A stretch of DNA of 64,000 bases from Octopus bimaculoides (Eukaryota). The notes beneath the pieces are model-generated. The model was not told the DNA's origin. It did not search any database and was given only the letters and a program-made list of their open reading frames with translations. The stretch is from contig NC_068983.1 in assembly GCF_001194135.2 (NCBI RefSeq), positions 110,271,254-110,335,253 on the forward strand, given 5' to 3'. Position 1 is the stretch's first letter. Each line of letters begins with the position of its first letter. The translations under genes were made by a program, and so were the position numbers. Positions 13,031-25,439 of this stretch are shown piece by piece.

Positions 13031-15339
13031 TGAAGAATGTCACAGTTGGATTAAGGTTCACAACAGCTGTTTCAGACGTGTTCTTTATTGATGAACAAAA
13101 TTGTTTCATTGTGTAAAAAAAAAAAACGTTTTGTTCAAGTGAATTATGTGTAAAATGTTAGCACCTGGGATTCTTGACATAAATAAAACAGGTTACAGCT
13201 GAGACAGTGAGTAGTGGATGCTGTCTCAAAGTATATATGCATGGTAATAAGTTAATGAATTCGTTTAAAAGATTAAACCAAAGGAAAAGAAGGGAAATAG
13301 GATTCTCTTCTTTTCCTTCCACTGTTATTGTGTATTCTTCACCACACATGGAACCTTCCTTGTATCTGGAACCTATAGTCGACTATGGAATATGTGCTGT
13401 TTGACTTTGCGTACACCTTGTGTATTTGGTTAGTACATGTGAATGTATGCATCACTGGAGGGACAAATACGTATTTATTTTAGTAACTACGTGTATGTCC
13501 ATACACGTTGTTAGTGCACAGGCACGCTATCTCCGACTCTACCATGGTACCTTTGTTATTTAAATATCTTGATTCTATCGGATACTGAAAATTTTTACAC
13601 ACAGACGCATACGTGCGCGCGTACACACACAGGCACATACACATACACATACACACACACGCATGCACGCACAAATACACGCACACACAAACACACAAAC
13701 ACACTTGAAATACAGGGATAGTTATTTTAAATAAAAGCTTCAAGCATATTATATGAAGTATTCGCAATGTAATTTTTTTGGCATGTTATAATTAATTTAT
13801 GTATGTGATTTGAGTGGTTATAAAATTAAATCGCTTTATATTTACTCTCCTTTTTGACCAATTGGAATCATTGACAAGAAAGCCAGCTTCAAAATTACTG
13901 ATGAGAGTATATGGAATATCGTGACAATAATTTCTTTCTCAGTACATTAGTAGCATAATTGAAGTAGCTTTATCAAATATTTTATAGATAGTTGCTGACA
14001 GAGAGCTTACCTAGTCAAATATCATCGAATATTAGTTCAATATCGTAATAGCTAAAATCGAAAAAATACAAACAAGTACACAATTCTTACTTCAAAGATT
14101 ACCAAATTCAAAATCCTCGCAAAACAGCAAATAAATATTTCAGACAAGTTACTTCAAAGGAAAAATTTCAAAATGAAACTTATTGTTGAATACAAGTTGC
14201 GTCCAGAATCAATCTAAGTTCGGGAAAAAAATTCCGATAATACTGCATACTGAGAAAAAGCAAAAATACTAAGTACAAACAAAGTGGAGATGCCAAGCAG
14301 ATTCTGATATTCTGAGACAGTTTATGCTAATCCAACATCACTCAAACTAGCTAAGATACTACTTTGAGTAACTGAAGTATTGTGACGGATTGATACAATT
14401 ATGTCAAAAGTTTTAATACAATTTTTATTGAATAAGCGACACAGATTCGATACAGGTCAGACATTTAAAATGAGTCTATTGTGTATCGTGTTTTTTAATG
14501 GCTTCAATATAAGAATTTCGATCAAGCATTTCTTCAAATGAAACTGTAATCTCAATACTTCAAGGCATTGATATTTTTACCCAGTGATAGTAAACCGTAT
14601 CTTACGAATGATATATTTTACGGTTATCAGATCGGTACATTTGTAATGGCACACTAGGTGACATGTGTCGGGTAACCCACCTAGAACGTAGTGTTGGAAA
14701 ATTCAATATCAAAACTCATTTTGTTTGAATACTAAATTATCGTTTCGTATATGTTATTACCCCAATATTATGCTAATGCAAATCTTTTTAAAATACGGTA
14801 CATTAATTTGTTTCGTTTCGCAAATTAAAATAATTCAATTTTAAACACAATTTAACAAGCTTACTAATTGATTATAATGTTTATCTCATGCAAATTGTTA
14901 TGAAAATAAGAAATGATTTAAGATATACAAATAAGGCTTTTAACAAAAGGCTATAATTATATAGCTATACAATATTATGCTTACATGCACACGCAAAATG
15001 TATGCAACCTTTCAAATTTCTTTCATGTATGGGGTTGTATGTGCATGTTCCTTATTGGTTATTTATAAGGTCGGGTATTAGTAATAAAAGTAGTTTACAC
15101 GGCCGACAATATGGTTGGTAGATTGCAATTGGGGCTACAAGGTTGTGGGTGAGATTAATGTTCAACTAGATACATATTAATCTTGAAACAGGTGACTTTG
15201 TATGATTCATATTTGGGGATTTATTGAATTATTTCTAATTCCTCTCCAAAAGAAATGCTTGTCAGTGACAACAGTTAAAGAGCAGTTTAGATTGTGCGAT
15301 ATCACAGACTCTTTTAGCATCTGAAACATTTACGATACG

Positions 15340-15610
15340 TATGTATTCCGTCGGTTACGATGACGAGTGTCTCAGATCAACGGAAGAGCCTGTCCGTGAA
15401 TTATGGATTGCAACTGGCTGAGCAGTCAAGGAGAGTCAACGTAGCACAGAATGTGACAAGTTTGGTCCCTTGAAATACAGATACTACTCAATTTTGCCAG
15501 CTTAGTGAACTAGAATAATGTGTAATAAAGTGTCTTGCCGAAGGACACAACGAGTAGCCGGGTATAAAACTCACGACCTTACTATCATGAAGAGAATAGC
15601 CAAACCACTA
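15340..15610 (-). mobile_element. Degenerate tRNA-derived SINE related to the copy at 33790-34165
   Basis: Shared tail attccgtcg.ttacga.g.cgag...gatca.cggaa.agcctg and tgtgacaag; degenerate head near 15560-15610. Confidence 0.65.
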
Positions 15611-15859
15611 AACCCCCATTTCTCGTAAGCTTATTCTAAATTACCTAATGTGTAATTATTACATAAGAACACGAAATAGCTCTTTCACTGATACTCTATG
15701 TTAATATAGGCTGAATATAGATATACCATACGTAAAAGAATGCTTGTTATATTAATAACTTCCAATGACGTATTGAATTTGCACTGTGGGTGCATGGTTG
15801 TATGTATTTATTTTTCTAAGTACATTTGAGTTTATATTTATATTTTACATTTATGGGAA

Positions 15860-16365
15860 GGGAATAGCTGATTTCATGGACTCCAGTATTTGACTGGCAT
15901 TTATTTCACTAACCTTTAAAGGATAAAAGACAATGTCAATTTTGGCGGAAGTTGAACTCGGAATTTAAAGATGGACGAAATTACTTTATGCATTTGTACG
16001 ACGTATTAACGATTCCACCAGCTAGACGCCTTTCCATCATAATGATGGGTTTGGAATTTCTAATTTTGGCAACAGACTAGTAATTTCAGTGAAGTAGATA
16101 AGTCAGTTAAATCGATACCAGTTCTCAACTGTTAATTTTTTATCGACGCCGAAAGGACAGAAGGCTAGTCGACGACAGCGGAATTTGAACACAGAACTTT
16201 TAGTCGAGCGAAATGCTATTAAGCATTTACTACACACCTAGTAATCATTTCTAGTTTATGCACAAAGCCTGAAAATTTAAGGGCAGCGCTAGTCGATTAC
16301 ATCAATCCCAGTGCTGAACTGGTATTTATTTCATCGACCCCGAAAGGAGGTAAGGCAAATTATAC
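15860..16365 (-). mobile_element. Cluster of three partial CORE-type SINE copies (~15860-16030, ~16050-16250, ~16255-16365)
   Basis: Each carries variants of the core, seen on + as ttt(a)tcgac.ccgaaagga...aaag and gcggaa.ttgaac.c; shared with 19915, 20990, 22995, 29505, 43068 and 59725. Confidence 0.7.
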
Positions 16366-16870
16366 AATACGATATATATATATATATANNNNNNNNNNNN
16401 NNNNNNNNNNNNNNNNNNNNNNNNNNNNNNNNNNNNNNAGATTGGCCTGACATAGTTATGTGCCGCTCTTGGATGATATATAGTTTGCCGATATAATTTT
16501 TTGTTATTATTACTTTACAAATAGTTCTTTGTTTTACTGAACTTTACTTTATAAATAAACCAACTCAGATATAATTAGACGTGTGTGTGTGTGTGTATGT
16601 ATGTGTGTGTATGTGTGTGTGTGGAGGGTGACTATGGAGTGAGAAACACGGCAGTTGTCCTCTTGACTTCAGATAACTCACTGCATTAATGGCAAGTTAA
16701 TTTTGGGGAAAATGTTTGATTTTTGAGATTATCTAGCCTTATTATTTGATGTTGGTAATGTCCACGAAGCTACTGGTCTCCAGAAATGGAGATGATTTCC
16801 ATAAATCACGTATTTATCTCATTTAACATACACCTTTTTTTTGGATGTTGAGATACATACATCTTGTCAC

Positions 16871-17215
16871 ACTGAATTCCTTTTTCTTTCACACACACAC
16901 ATACACACACACACACATACACACACACAAACAAACACACACACACATGCATACACACACCTTTCTGTCGTTATCTATCAATCTATATGTTTATACATAC
17001 ATACATAAATGCATGCATACATATATACACATACAAACACACATACAGAGAGAGAGAGAGGGATAATAAAAAAAGATAGACAGAGATAGATAGATGTATA
17101 TTATAATATGTATATACATTCATACACAATATAATTATATGTATATACATACATACACAAACACACACACAAACAACACACACACATACACAAACACACA
17201 TATATACACATATAT
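16871..17215. repeat. Compound CA/TA/GA low-complexity tract
   Basis: Direct sequence. Confidence 0.95.
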
Positions 17216-17849
17216 ATGTACGTTATGCATCACAGCTCTAAAGCCATTCAAAAGATTTGCTGAATATATGTTACAAATAACATTTTATATATAGTGAACA
17301 AATATGTTATGTGACTCAATCGTGACATTGTGATAAGTTAAATGGTGGAAAGAGAGTAATTTCGTGTGGGGGTTTGAATAATTTCTGCTAAGTAAAGGGA
17401 GTAAGTTATATTAAGGGTTGAATAATATTTATTTGATGGGAGTTATTGCAGGAGGTAAAGTAATGCAGTGGTGATAGAGATCATAACCGTCATGGAAGAT
17501 GGAATTTGCATTTTGTATTTTCATTTGAAACATTATACGGTCACCTGTCTCACTTTCTCTCTTTCTCTCTTTCTCTCTCTCTCCCTTTATATACACACAC
17601 ATACACACTCACACACACACATGTATATAACAAAAACTTGCATTATACATATGGTCCCATTACCAAAGAAAAGCTTTGATGGTAAGTCTCGAATCGCACT
17701 TGATCAAACCAACTCCAACGACTAGACATTCCGTTTGACTGTATGACCAGTGGAACTACTTCTACTTACAGGTGTGCAGGTGTTTGCTGGTGTTTTAAAG
17801 TCAATGTTTCGGATGCACAGAATACCCTAGACTGGTGAAAAATTTTCAT

Positions 17850-18480
17850 CAAAGAGCGGGCAAACACTGAATTCTTACCTCTGCTTCCTTGGCTATATGT
17901 ATCCATCAAAAAGTCTTTCGATATAAACTCAGAAAAAATCTGGATTTCATAACATTAAAAAATTTGGCATTGTTCTCGACATCGTTCTGGCAACTTTTGC
18001 AGCAACAAGTCCCAACTGTAGGAGAGATTGCATTTCCTTTGGTCTACATCATTGGAGTAGAGCGGGGGGTTATGCTATTTGTGTCATTGTTGATCCCTCG
18101 TAGCAACACTTTCTCGATCTGTGTCCTCTAAAGGACATTCTAACATCGTCTCACCACGATAGCACAACATAGATAGCAACAGTTAACCTGCATTGACATA
18201 GAAAAATGCCTCGTGGAGGAAGTGACCATCGTATTACCTTCGGCAGCTGCGGTCCTTTCAAGCTGGGCAGGTCCGCGCAAACAAGGTGCTGTCCCGGTAT
18301 TGTTCACTCGAGACACTGGTTGCATGGAACTTATGGATACATGTAGGCTGAATCATAGATGTTAAATATAGCAGCAACTACATTAAAAAGAAGGCCGTGC
18401 ACAGATTAGGACGTTGCGATGTACACACCACGTAGATCGGATTACTTCCTGAAGAGTTAACGCACGGAGGCAGCAGTAAT
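17850..18480 (+). mobile_element. Degenerate RTE-clade LINE reverse transcriptase fragment
   Basis: ORF 17889..18131 (LAICIHQKVF...LDFITLKNL...FWQLLQQ...VGE...GVERGVMLFVSLL) parallels the RTE RT pattern xAxFxDLxKAFD...LWxxL...GVxQGCVLxPxLF; downstream EVTIVLPSAAAVL lies at the expected FADD-region position. Highly decayed. Confidence 0.55.
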
Positions 18481-19914
18481 TAACAACAAACTGCTAAAGT
18501 TACAAGACTATTTGCAATACAATACGCTTTACTGAGTCAGGATCTTTACATGTAAGATATAGTTTTAGCAGCAAGGAGAAAGTCTAGACGAAACTACAAA
18601 ATATGCTGTTGGATTTGCTGTTATAATTTCATTGAAGGAAAATTCCAGTGAAAGAATGACTGCACCAGTTTTCTCATTTGATTCCATACATCCGATGGAT
18701 TTCTCTTATCGCTTTTTATCGGTATTTATACTCTAACCGTCTACTCTACATAAAATGCAAATGTCTAATTCCATGAAGAAATTTTAATGACAATTCTGGT
18801 GATACCAGATCAGGAAACACCACAAATATTTTGAAACTTCAACGCTAGAGTGAGAGCCAACCATACACTGTGTCTATAGTAGAAAGAAGTATTGTGTAGT
18901 AAACTGCATGAAGTATAGTATTTACAGATGAAACAATATCCTTAACATAATTTTCATATTTTCTAACACTTATGATTTCTCATGCTTCGCATAATCTTCA
19001 GTATTCGAATAGAAAGTGAGGTCAATAGATATATAGTTCTAGTAGCATTATTAGAAGTCTGTAATGTAGCCGAATATCACAGCAAAACAAATCTTCAGTT
19101 TTTTAAAAAAATATTTTTAATATACGGTAGTTATATGTTGCATGTGAATTAGATGAATACTGTTTTAGAAGCTGCTAAATGGGAACTTTTGGATTTTCAA
19201 GAATATTTTCTTCTATCTAGGAGGTATCTGGCAAATGAAATATTCGTCAATTCATATTTGATTTTAGCACATCTGCAGTTTTAATAGTAATATGCGTCTT
19301 AGTAGCTTTGTCCTTTAAAATGGTGATATTTCATTCAAAGATATTTTGGTATTTAACCGGCATGAAGTTGAGCTGGGAAGAACTTACATGTATAAAACTT
19401 GACCAACGCTCAAATATTCACGGCCTTGAAGGAAATAAAAATACACAAAGAGACAATTTCTTTCCAGTAAATAACAATTTAATGCTAAATTTAGCATATA
19501 AATTCAGAGTTTACATTTTCATTTATAAATGTTTTAAAACTGGAATCGAACTATTCTTCAAAGTAGCGAGGACGAATACTCCCATACAGAAACACACACA
19601 TCAATCTTTATTTCCTATTTCTATGGGTGGAAAATTAAAATTTAGACTAAAAAACATTGTAAACAAGTAAATTGATAGATGTATATATCTACAGAATACC
19701 TTATCACATTGGAAAATGAAGTACACAAATGAACATAACACTGACATAAGTCTCATATTTAACAGCATCTTTCGGATGAGACTTTGATTTTTGTATGTAA
19801 ATTTCAGTACAGACTGGAACGAAATTCTGCGTCACTGACTTCGCTCACTGGTTGTGGTCTTTTGCTCAGTAATGTGCCGAAAAGTTATACAATAGCTTTA
19901 ATAAATTACCGTAT

Positions 19915-20190
19915 TGAATATTTTCTCTTCTCGAAACAAGGCAAATGATAGAATGGTTAGAACAACAGACAGACTGCCTTACATTATTTAGTTTCGTCCC
20001 TCTATGCTTTGTGCCATACTCCCATCGGAATTAACTTTACGTTTCATCCTTCTGTAATCGATAAAATAAGTATATGGCATATACTGCTATTATTTTAACT
20101 GACTATCCCCTCCCTGGAAACTTTTACAGCAAAGAAATCAATAGTTTGTGGTTATATATTATTGGTGAAAATCACACTCGAATAGTACAT
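19915..20190 (+). mobile_element. CORE-type SINE, diverged
   Basis: tRNA-like head (tagaatggttaga) followed by core aactttacgtttcatccttctgtaatcgataaaataagta. Confidence 0.65.
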
Positions 20191-20612
20191 TTTGCATTCA
20201 AGTGGTATTACAGAACAAAAATGTGATACATTAGAATATCTACCAAAAGAAATAAACAGCAAATTATTTTGAAAATTGTCTATTGTGAGAAGGACGCAAG
20301 AGTTTTGAAAAGAAAATATTATACACCATCATGAACAGAAACAATAAAACTGAATGAAAGTCTTCGCTTATTTATTATAGTGCCAATTTATGTATCTCTT
20401 TATAAAATCTTTGCAACAGCATTTGAAAATATTAATAACGCATTGCATTTGTGTAACAATCTATTTAGAGAAGGATTTCGGTTTCCTTTTAATGATCCGT
20501 AGTTTGTAAGAAGTCGAAACAATACAGCACTATCATAAAACAACTTGCTATTGACTATTGCATTAGTTGTTTGTCGTTAACAGGCGCTGTTAATCCAGCT
20601 TTCTCTTAATGC

Positions 20613-20987
20613 CTGCAAACAGAGATTGATAAACAGAACGGACAGTGGAAAAGTAACGTTCTCTTTGAGAACGAATTAGATTGGAAACTTTTAAAAAGTG
20701 ATTCTTGGGACTAATGTAAAGATGTGAAGAAGATTATTTGTTGAAAAGACGATCATAACGAATTCAGGATCATAGGAGAGAATATATTGAAGAAACTGAA
20801 ACAAGAGAATGAAAGGGAAAGACAAGAAAAAAAGGATAAAGGTGACATGCTGCAGAGAGCACATCAAGGTGTTTTGCAGGAGATAAAGGCAAGAGAAGAC
20901 AATGAGAGAATATATACTGATTTCAAATATTTTGTTCAAGGCCAGCAAATTCAGAGGAAGAGTAAGTCAATTATATCGCCTCAGTGA
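20613..20987 (+). pseudogene. Unidentified coding-like segment: ~125 codons in one frame with two stops; last ~65 codons open and followed by a GTAAGT donor
   Basis: LQTEIDKQNGQWKSNVLFENELDWKLLKSDSWD*CKDVKKIIC*KDDHNEFRIIGENILKKLKQENERERQEKKDKGDMLQRAHQGVLQEIKAREDNERIYTDFKYFVQGQQIQRK; stops at 20712 and 20742; GTAAGT at 20962. No family recognised. Confidence 0.3.
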
Positions 20988-20989
20988 AC

Positions 20990-21075
20990 AACTGGTACTT
21001 ATTTTATTAAACGCGAAAGGATGAAAGGTGGAATTTGAACTCAGAACGGAAAACGTGGCAATGATTCTGCTTGCT
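20990..21075 (-). mobile_element. CORE-type SINE fragment
   Basis: ctggtacttattttat...cgcgaaaggatgaaagg...gaatttgaactcagaacg. Confidence 0.65.
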
Positions 21076-22319
21076 CTTCACCTTAACAAGAGTATACTTA
21101 TTGAAAATCTAAAGTTTACTTCATTTTCTGCATATCGAATTCTTAGATGTACAAAATGACGAATGTATATGAAACAGAAATGTAATTGGTTCGTATTAAG
21201 CATATTTGTAGGACATAAGGCGACATCACACGAGGTATTTAGTTCCAACTGTGAATCGCAATAGTGTCTGATAGATTTAGTGCATAGTGAAATATAATCA
21301 TTTACACAATTATTTTACACGTAGGTATACATGATGCATACATGCATACATACACACGTACATATGTATATGAGTATGTATATAACTATTCAGTATTGTA
21401 TAACAACACACTCACGCGCGCGTGTACCATGAAATTGAGCGGACACGTATTATCTTTGAGTTCTGTACATTTTACGATTTTAGAGAATTAGTCTAAAGTT
21501 TAATGTAATTCAGCTATAATTAACTTGTCCGTTTTCAAACACCTAATTCTATTAGGTTTCTACTAATATTTATTCTATTCATATTTCAATAATAATCTTT
21601 CACGATAATTTAGTTATTTAGATAGTCTTGTACGTTATTGGATACTATGAAGTTAAATTTTACCAATTTTCGGCTTGTATATACAATACAGTATAATATA
21701 ATATATATGTATATATGTATATGTATATGTATATATGCATATATATATATATATATATANNNNNNNNNNNNNNNNNNNNNNNNNNNNNNNNNNNNNNNNN
21801 NNNNNNNNNNNNNNNNNNNNNNNNNNNNNNNNNNNNNNNNNNNNNNNNNNNNNNNNNNNNNNNNNNNNNNNNNNNNNNNNNNNNNNNNNNNNNNNNNNNN
21901 NNNNNNNNNNNNNNNNNNNNNNNNNNNNNNNNNNNNNNNNNNNNNNNNNNNNNNNNNNNNNNNNNNNNNNNNNNNNNNNNNNNNNNNNNNNNNNNNNNNN
22001 NNNNNNNNNNNNNNNNNNNNNNNNNNNNNNNNNNNNNNNNNNNNNNNNNNNNNNNNNNNNNNNNNNNNNNNNNNNNNNNNNNNNNNNNNNNNNNNNNNNN
22101 NNNNNNNNNNNNNNNNNNNNNNNNNNNNNNNNNNNNNNNNNNNNNNNNNNNNNNNNNNNNNNNNNNNNNNNNNNNNNNNNNNNNNNNNNNNNNNNNNNNN
22201 NNNNNNNNNNNNNNNNNNNNNNNNNNNNNNNNNNNNNNNNNNNNNNNNNNNNNNNNNNNNNNNNNNNNNNNNNNNNNNNNNNNNNNNNNNNNNNNNNNNN
22301 NNNNNNNNNNNNNNNNNNN

Positions 22320-22400
<81 letters not shown>
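22320..22400. repeat. (TAA)n microsatellite
   Basis: Direct sequence; further TAA arrays at ~22943-22987, 24277-24335, 24654-24728 and (TTA)n 29432-29503. Confidence 0.98.
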
Positions 22401-22401
<1 letters not shown>

Positions 22402-22935
22402 GCTCTCGTGGCTTTTGATCTTAACTGATTGGAAGTGTTATCATGTACATTATTTCGTCTTGGTATAAAAGATGGGCTGCACCAAATATTCTGCTCAATA
22501 CCACAGATTTGCCTGTCAGTTGTTTGACCTTAACCAGTTGTGCATGTCCCTGGTGGCTGATGAAATGTGCATCTCTGAGCATGTGCAGAGTTTAGTGGGG
22601 GAACATCATAGTCATGTGTTGAGAGGAATTCTTTCAGCTTTGGATAATTCACCTTTGGAAACATAGGTGTTTCGTTCAACAGCCTTAAACAACCGTTATT
22701 CAGAGACCTTTTGGGCGGAATGGGATACTCGACCTGAAGAAAATTTTAACTGGGCTCCACTTGTAAGGTCATGTGCTGTTAATCTTGATATGAGAACACC
22801 ATGTCGCGCACATATGGCTGTGATTCATGTACCTGGTGTACCCTTATCAGACGGGTAGTCATGATAGGTATATTGGGCTTCATATGTTTTACCCCAGTGT
22901 CACTTTAATGATATGTACTATTCTCTCACTCAGTA
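22402..22935 (+). mobile_element. Non-coding retroposon (SINE or LINE 3' UTR-like) with TAA tail, inserted in a (TAA)n array
   Basis: About 530 bp of higher-GC, non-repetitive sequence bounded by (TAA)n on both sides; no credible ORF; resembles a recurrent Octopus repeat from memory (not verified). Confidence 0.6.
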
Positions 22936-22940
22936 ATAAT

Positions 22941-22988
<48 letters not shown>

Positions 22989-22994
22989 TTATTT

Positions 22995-23105
22995 TTTTCT
23001 ACGGAAGGCACAAAGCTTAAAATTTGGTGGGAGAGGACTAGTGGATTACATTCACCCCAATATTTCACTGGTACCCATTTTATCGACGTCAAAGGGATAA
23101 ACGGC
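22995..23105 (-). mobile_element. CORE-type SINE 3' fragment
   Basis: ggcacaaagcttaaaatttggtgggag...cactggtacccattttatcgacgtcaaagggataaacggcaaa. Confidence 0.65.
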
Positions 23106-23134
23106 AAATAATAATAATAATTACAACAACAACA

Positions 23135-23290
23135 ACATCGAAAAATACCTGAGGAATGAGAACCCAGGTTCGAAATTTCCCCAAGATACATGAAGAAGGC
23201 TGGAGGGTATATCCGCCGAAACGTCGTGTTAACAACAAACAAGATGAGGACAAATATCCGTCGAATGTAAATAATGTACATAATTCCTCA
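23135..23290 (+). mobile_element. Short Penelope-like (pLTR-type) repeat carrying a hammerhead ribozyme remnant
   Basis: Contains atac-atgaaga-aggctg...ccgcc-gaaacgtc-gtgt; minimal type I hammerheads of this form are characteristic of Penelope-like element LTRs. Confidence 0.65.
23186..23229 (+). ncRNA. Minimal type I hammerhead ribozyme remnant (core C3 replaced by A, probably inactive)
   Basis: Stem I ATAC/GTGT; core (C>A)TGAAGA; stem II GGCTG/CCGCC (one mismatch) closing a 10-nt loop; GAAA; palindromic AC-GT stem III; GTC cleavage triplet. Confidence 0.6.
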
Positions 23291-23294
23291 TCTC

Positions 23295-24253
23295 TTAGAA
23301 TTGTATTGAAACCACTGCCACAAAACAAGCAAAATGGATCAAGCAGACTGCAAAAGAGAACGGGCAGAAAGAACGTGAGGAACGGTGGAACCAGAAGCCT
23401 TTGCATGGACAGTATGTACTTCGAAGTCGAAATGCTGATGTGGATCAAGCAACAACCCATCAATGCCTGAGAACTTCAGGACTGAAAGCAGAGACTGAAA
23501 GTTTCATATTGGCGGAACAAGATCAAAGCTTCCTCACAAAGAACTACCAGGCTAACGTTCTTCGAAACATTTCTGACCCTAAACACAGACTCTGCGACAC
23601 ATTTGACGAAACATTAAACCATTTCTTCTCTGGATGTCCTGTGCTGACACCAAACGAATGCAAAATTCGCCATGATAGGGTAGACAATATATACATTGGA
23701 AAATATGTAAACACTAGAAAATCAGTACTTCTGCTTACTAGTATGAGTAGGTCGTTGAAGGTAAAAATGTCACTATCCTCTAGGATTTTCCAGTCAACAC
23801 TGACAGAACAATCCAGGCTAATCGACCAGACATTATTATTAAAGACAGAGAAGTAAATACTTGAAGACTAATAGATGTAAGTGTTCCGCATATAAAAATA
23901 AACCTGTAAAGGAATTTGACAAATTAAGTAAATATAAGGACCTGGAAATTGAAATACAAAAGATGTGACATCTCAAAGCGAGAACTGTTCCTGTAATTGT
24001 AGGTGCCCTATGCATGATAAAAAAAGGAATGTCAGAAACATCTAGATAATATTTCAGGAGAACTATGTCTCTGTTCTGCCCACATCTTTTGAAAAACCCT
24101 ATCCATTTAAATGTCTGTGTTGTATTACATAAATATATTTCACTACTTCCCCTCTCCAAGCTTTCAGTCATCCTGTAACATCTGTCATCATTCAATCGCC
24201 CCAGGACAGTGGGTGTGTTTTGGTAAGTGACTGTAACAAAGATGCAGATTAAA
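23295..24253 (+). mobile_element. 5'-truncated R4/Dong retrotransposon: C-terminal zinc knuckle, restriction-like endonuclease, 3' UTR
   Basis: WNQKPLHGQY...GLKAETESFILAEQDQ...KHRLCDTFDETLNHFFSGCPVL...KIRHDRV (degenerate CCHC knuckle); NRPDIII (~23818-23840); KLSKYKDLEIEIQKM*HLKARTVPVIVGAL; AHIF*KTLSI* ending ~24109; 3' UTR runs into a (GTA)n/(TAA)n tail. Confidence 0.9.
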
Positions 24254-24276
24254 AGTAGTAGTAGTAGTAGTCATAC

Positions 24277-24339
<63 letters not shown>

Positions 24340-24356
24340 CAACAACAACAACAACA

Positions 24357-24652
24357 AAATACAAAGATCTGGAAGTAGAAGTAACTGGAATGTGGAGTCT
24401 AAAAACAGAAACAATTCCTATCATAGTAACCTCAATAGGTATGATAAGAACATTCAGACAAATACATAACAAAACCACCAGGACTTACTAGTATATATAA
24501 CATACAGAAAATATCACTACTAGGCACCGCACACATCCTACGTAAAACACTTTCAATACAGTGAAAATAAGAGGACCACAACAAACATACCCAAGGCACA
24601 CAGAGCTCCGCTTGGTTGTGCAGTGAAAGCATGTGATAAAAATAAGACCACC
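24357..24652 (+). mobile_element. Extreme 3' end of a second R4/Dong subfamily, flanked by trinucleotide arrays
   Basis: KYKDLEVEVTGMWSLKTETIPIIVTSIGMI...IYNIQKISLLGTAHILRKTLSIQ*; its 3' UTR differs from the upstream copy; followed by (TAA)n. Confidence 0.88.
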
Positions 24653-24729
<77 letters not shown>

Positions 24730-25439
24730 GTGGTGGTGATGATGATGCTGGTGATGCTGATGATGCTGTTGATAATGATAATGCAATGATTATAATCATG
24801 ATGAAATATTATGCCAGATAAAATGCATTACCTTGCAATATAGCTCACTAAAACAAGATAAAAGTAAAGACCATTCTCATCTAAATGCGAGACTTTAGCT
24901 CAAAAGGGGAATGAAAGTAATACAAGAGTCAGTAATTTGTGTAATCGTATGTATCAGTAATCACATTTTTAACTCAGGTGCAAGGAAGTGAAACGACACT
25001 ACCAGGTTACACAATCGAGCGCACATCTTTAAAAGAGGTTGTGTGTTACTCATAAATTAATATTTTATTTGTACGGAAAGACATTTCACAAATTCTTGAA
25101 GTTGTGAAAAGTAGCAGAGATCACACGCTCTCAAAACATCAAAAATATAAATTGGGTTGTCATTGAAATACTTTCCTTTCTTTCCAATATTGTTAGAATT
25201 AACACGAAGAATATTTTTATCGTGTTTATTTTTTGCAGTTTTCTTCTTCCTTCACGTCCTTTGTTTATCGCTTTTGAACACAGCATAGATTTTACCACTT
25301 TTCAGACATATAACGATAAATTGCCGAGTAGAAAAAGCAGACTAAGCATTTTCCCCACTTCATTTGCTAACAAACCAACTATAGAGCTATCAAATCGATC
25401 GAAACATTTGTGCCGCTTACAAAAACTACACTATTACTA

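Noticed and set aside
13158-13404. Short overlapping ORFs in a moderately GC-balanced patch
   Set aside because: No recognisable domain and no convincing splice-site pair.
14011-14051. Minus-strand 41-nt exon candidate with strong splice sites
   Set aside because: Stops in all three frames; shows how often such sites arise by chance here, which is why the other exon candidates are scored low.
24188-24821. Poly-N, poly-I, poly-Y and poly-L ORFs
   Set aside because: Translations of (TAA)n arrays.
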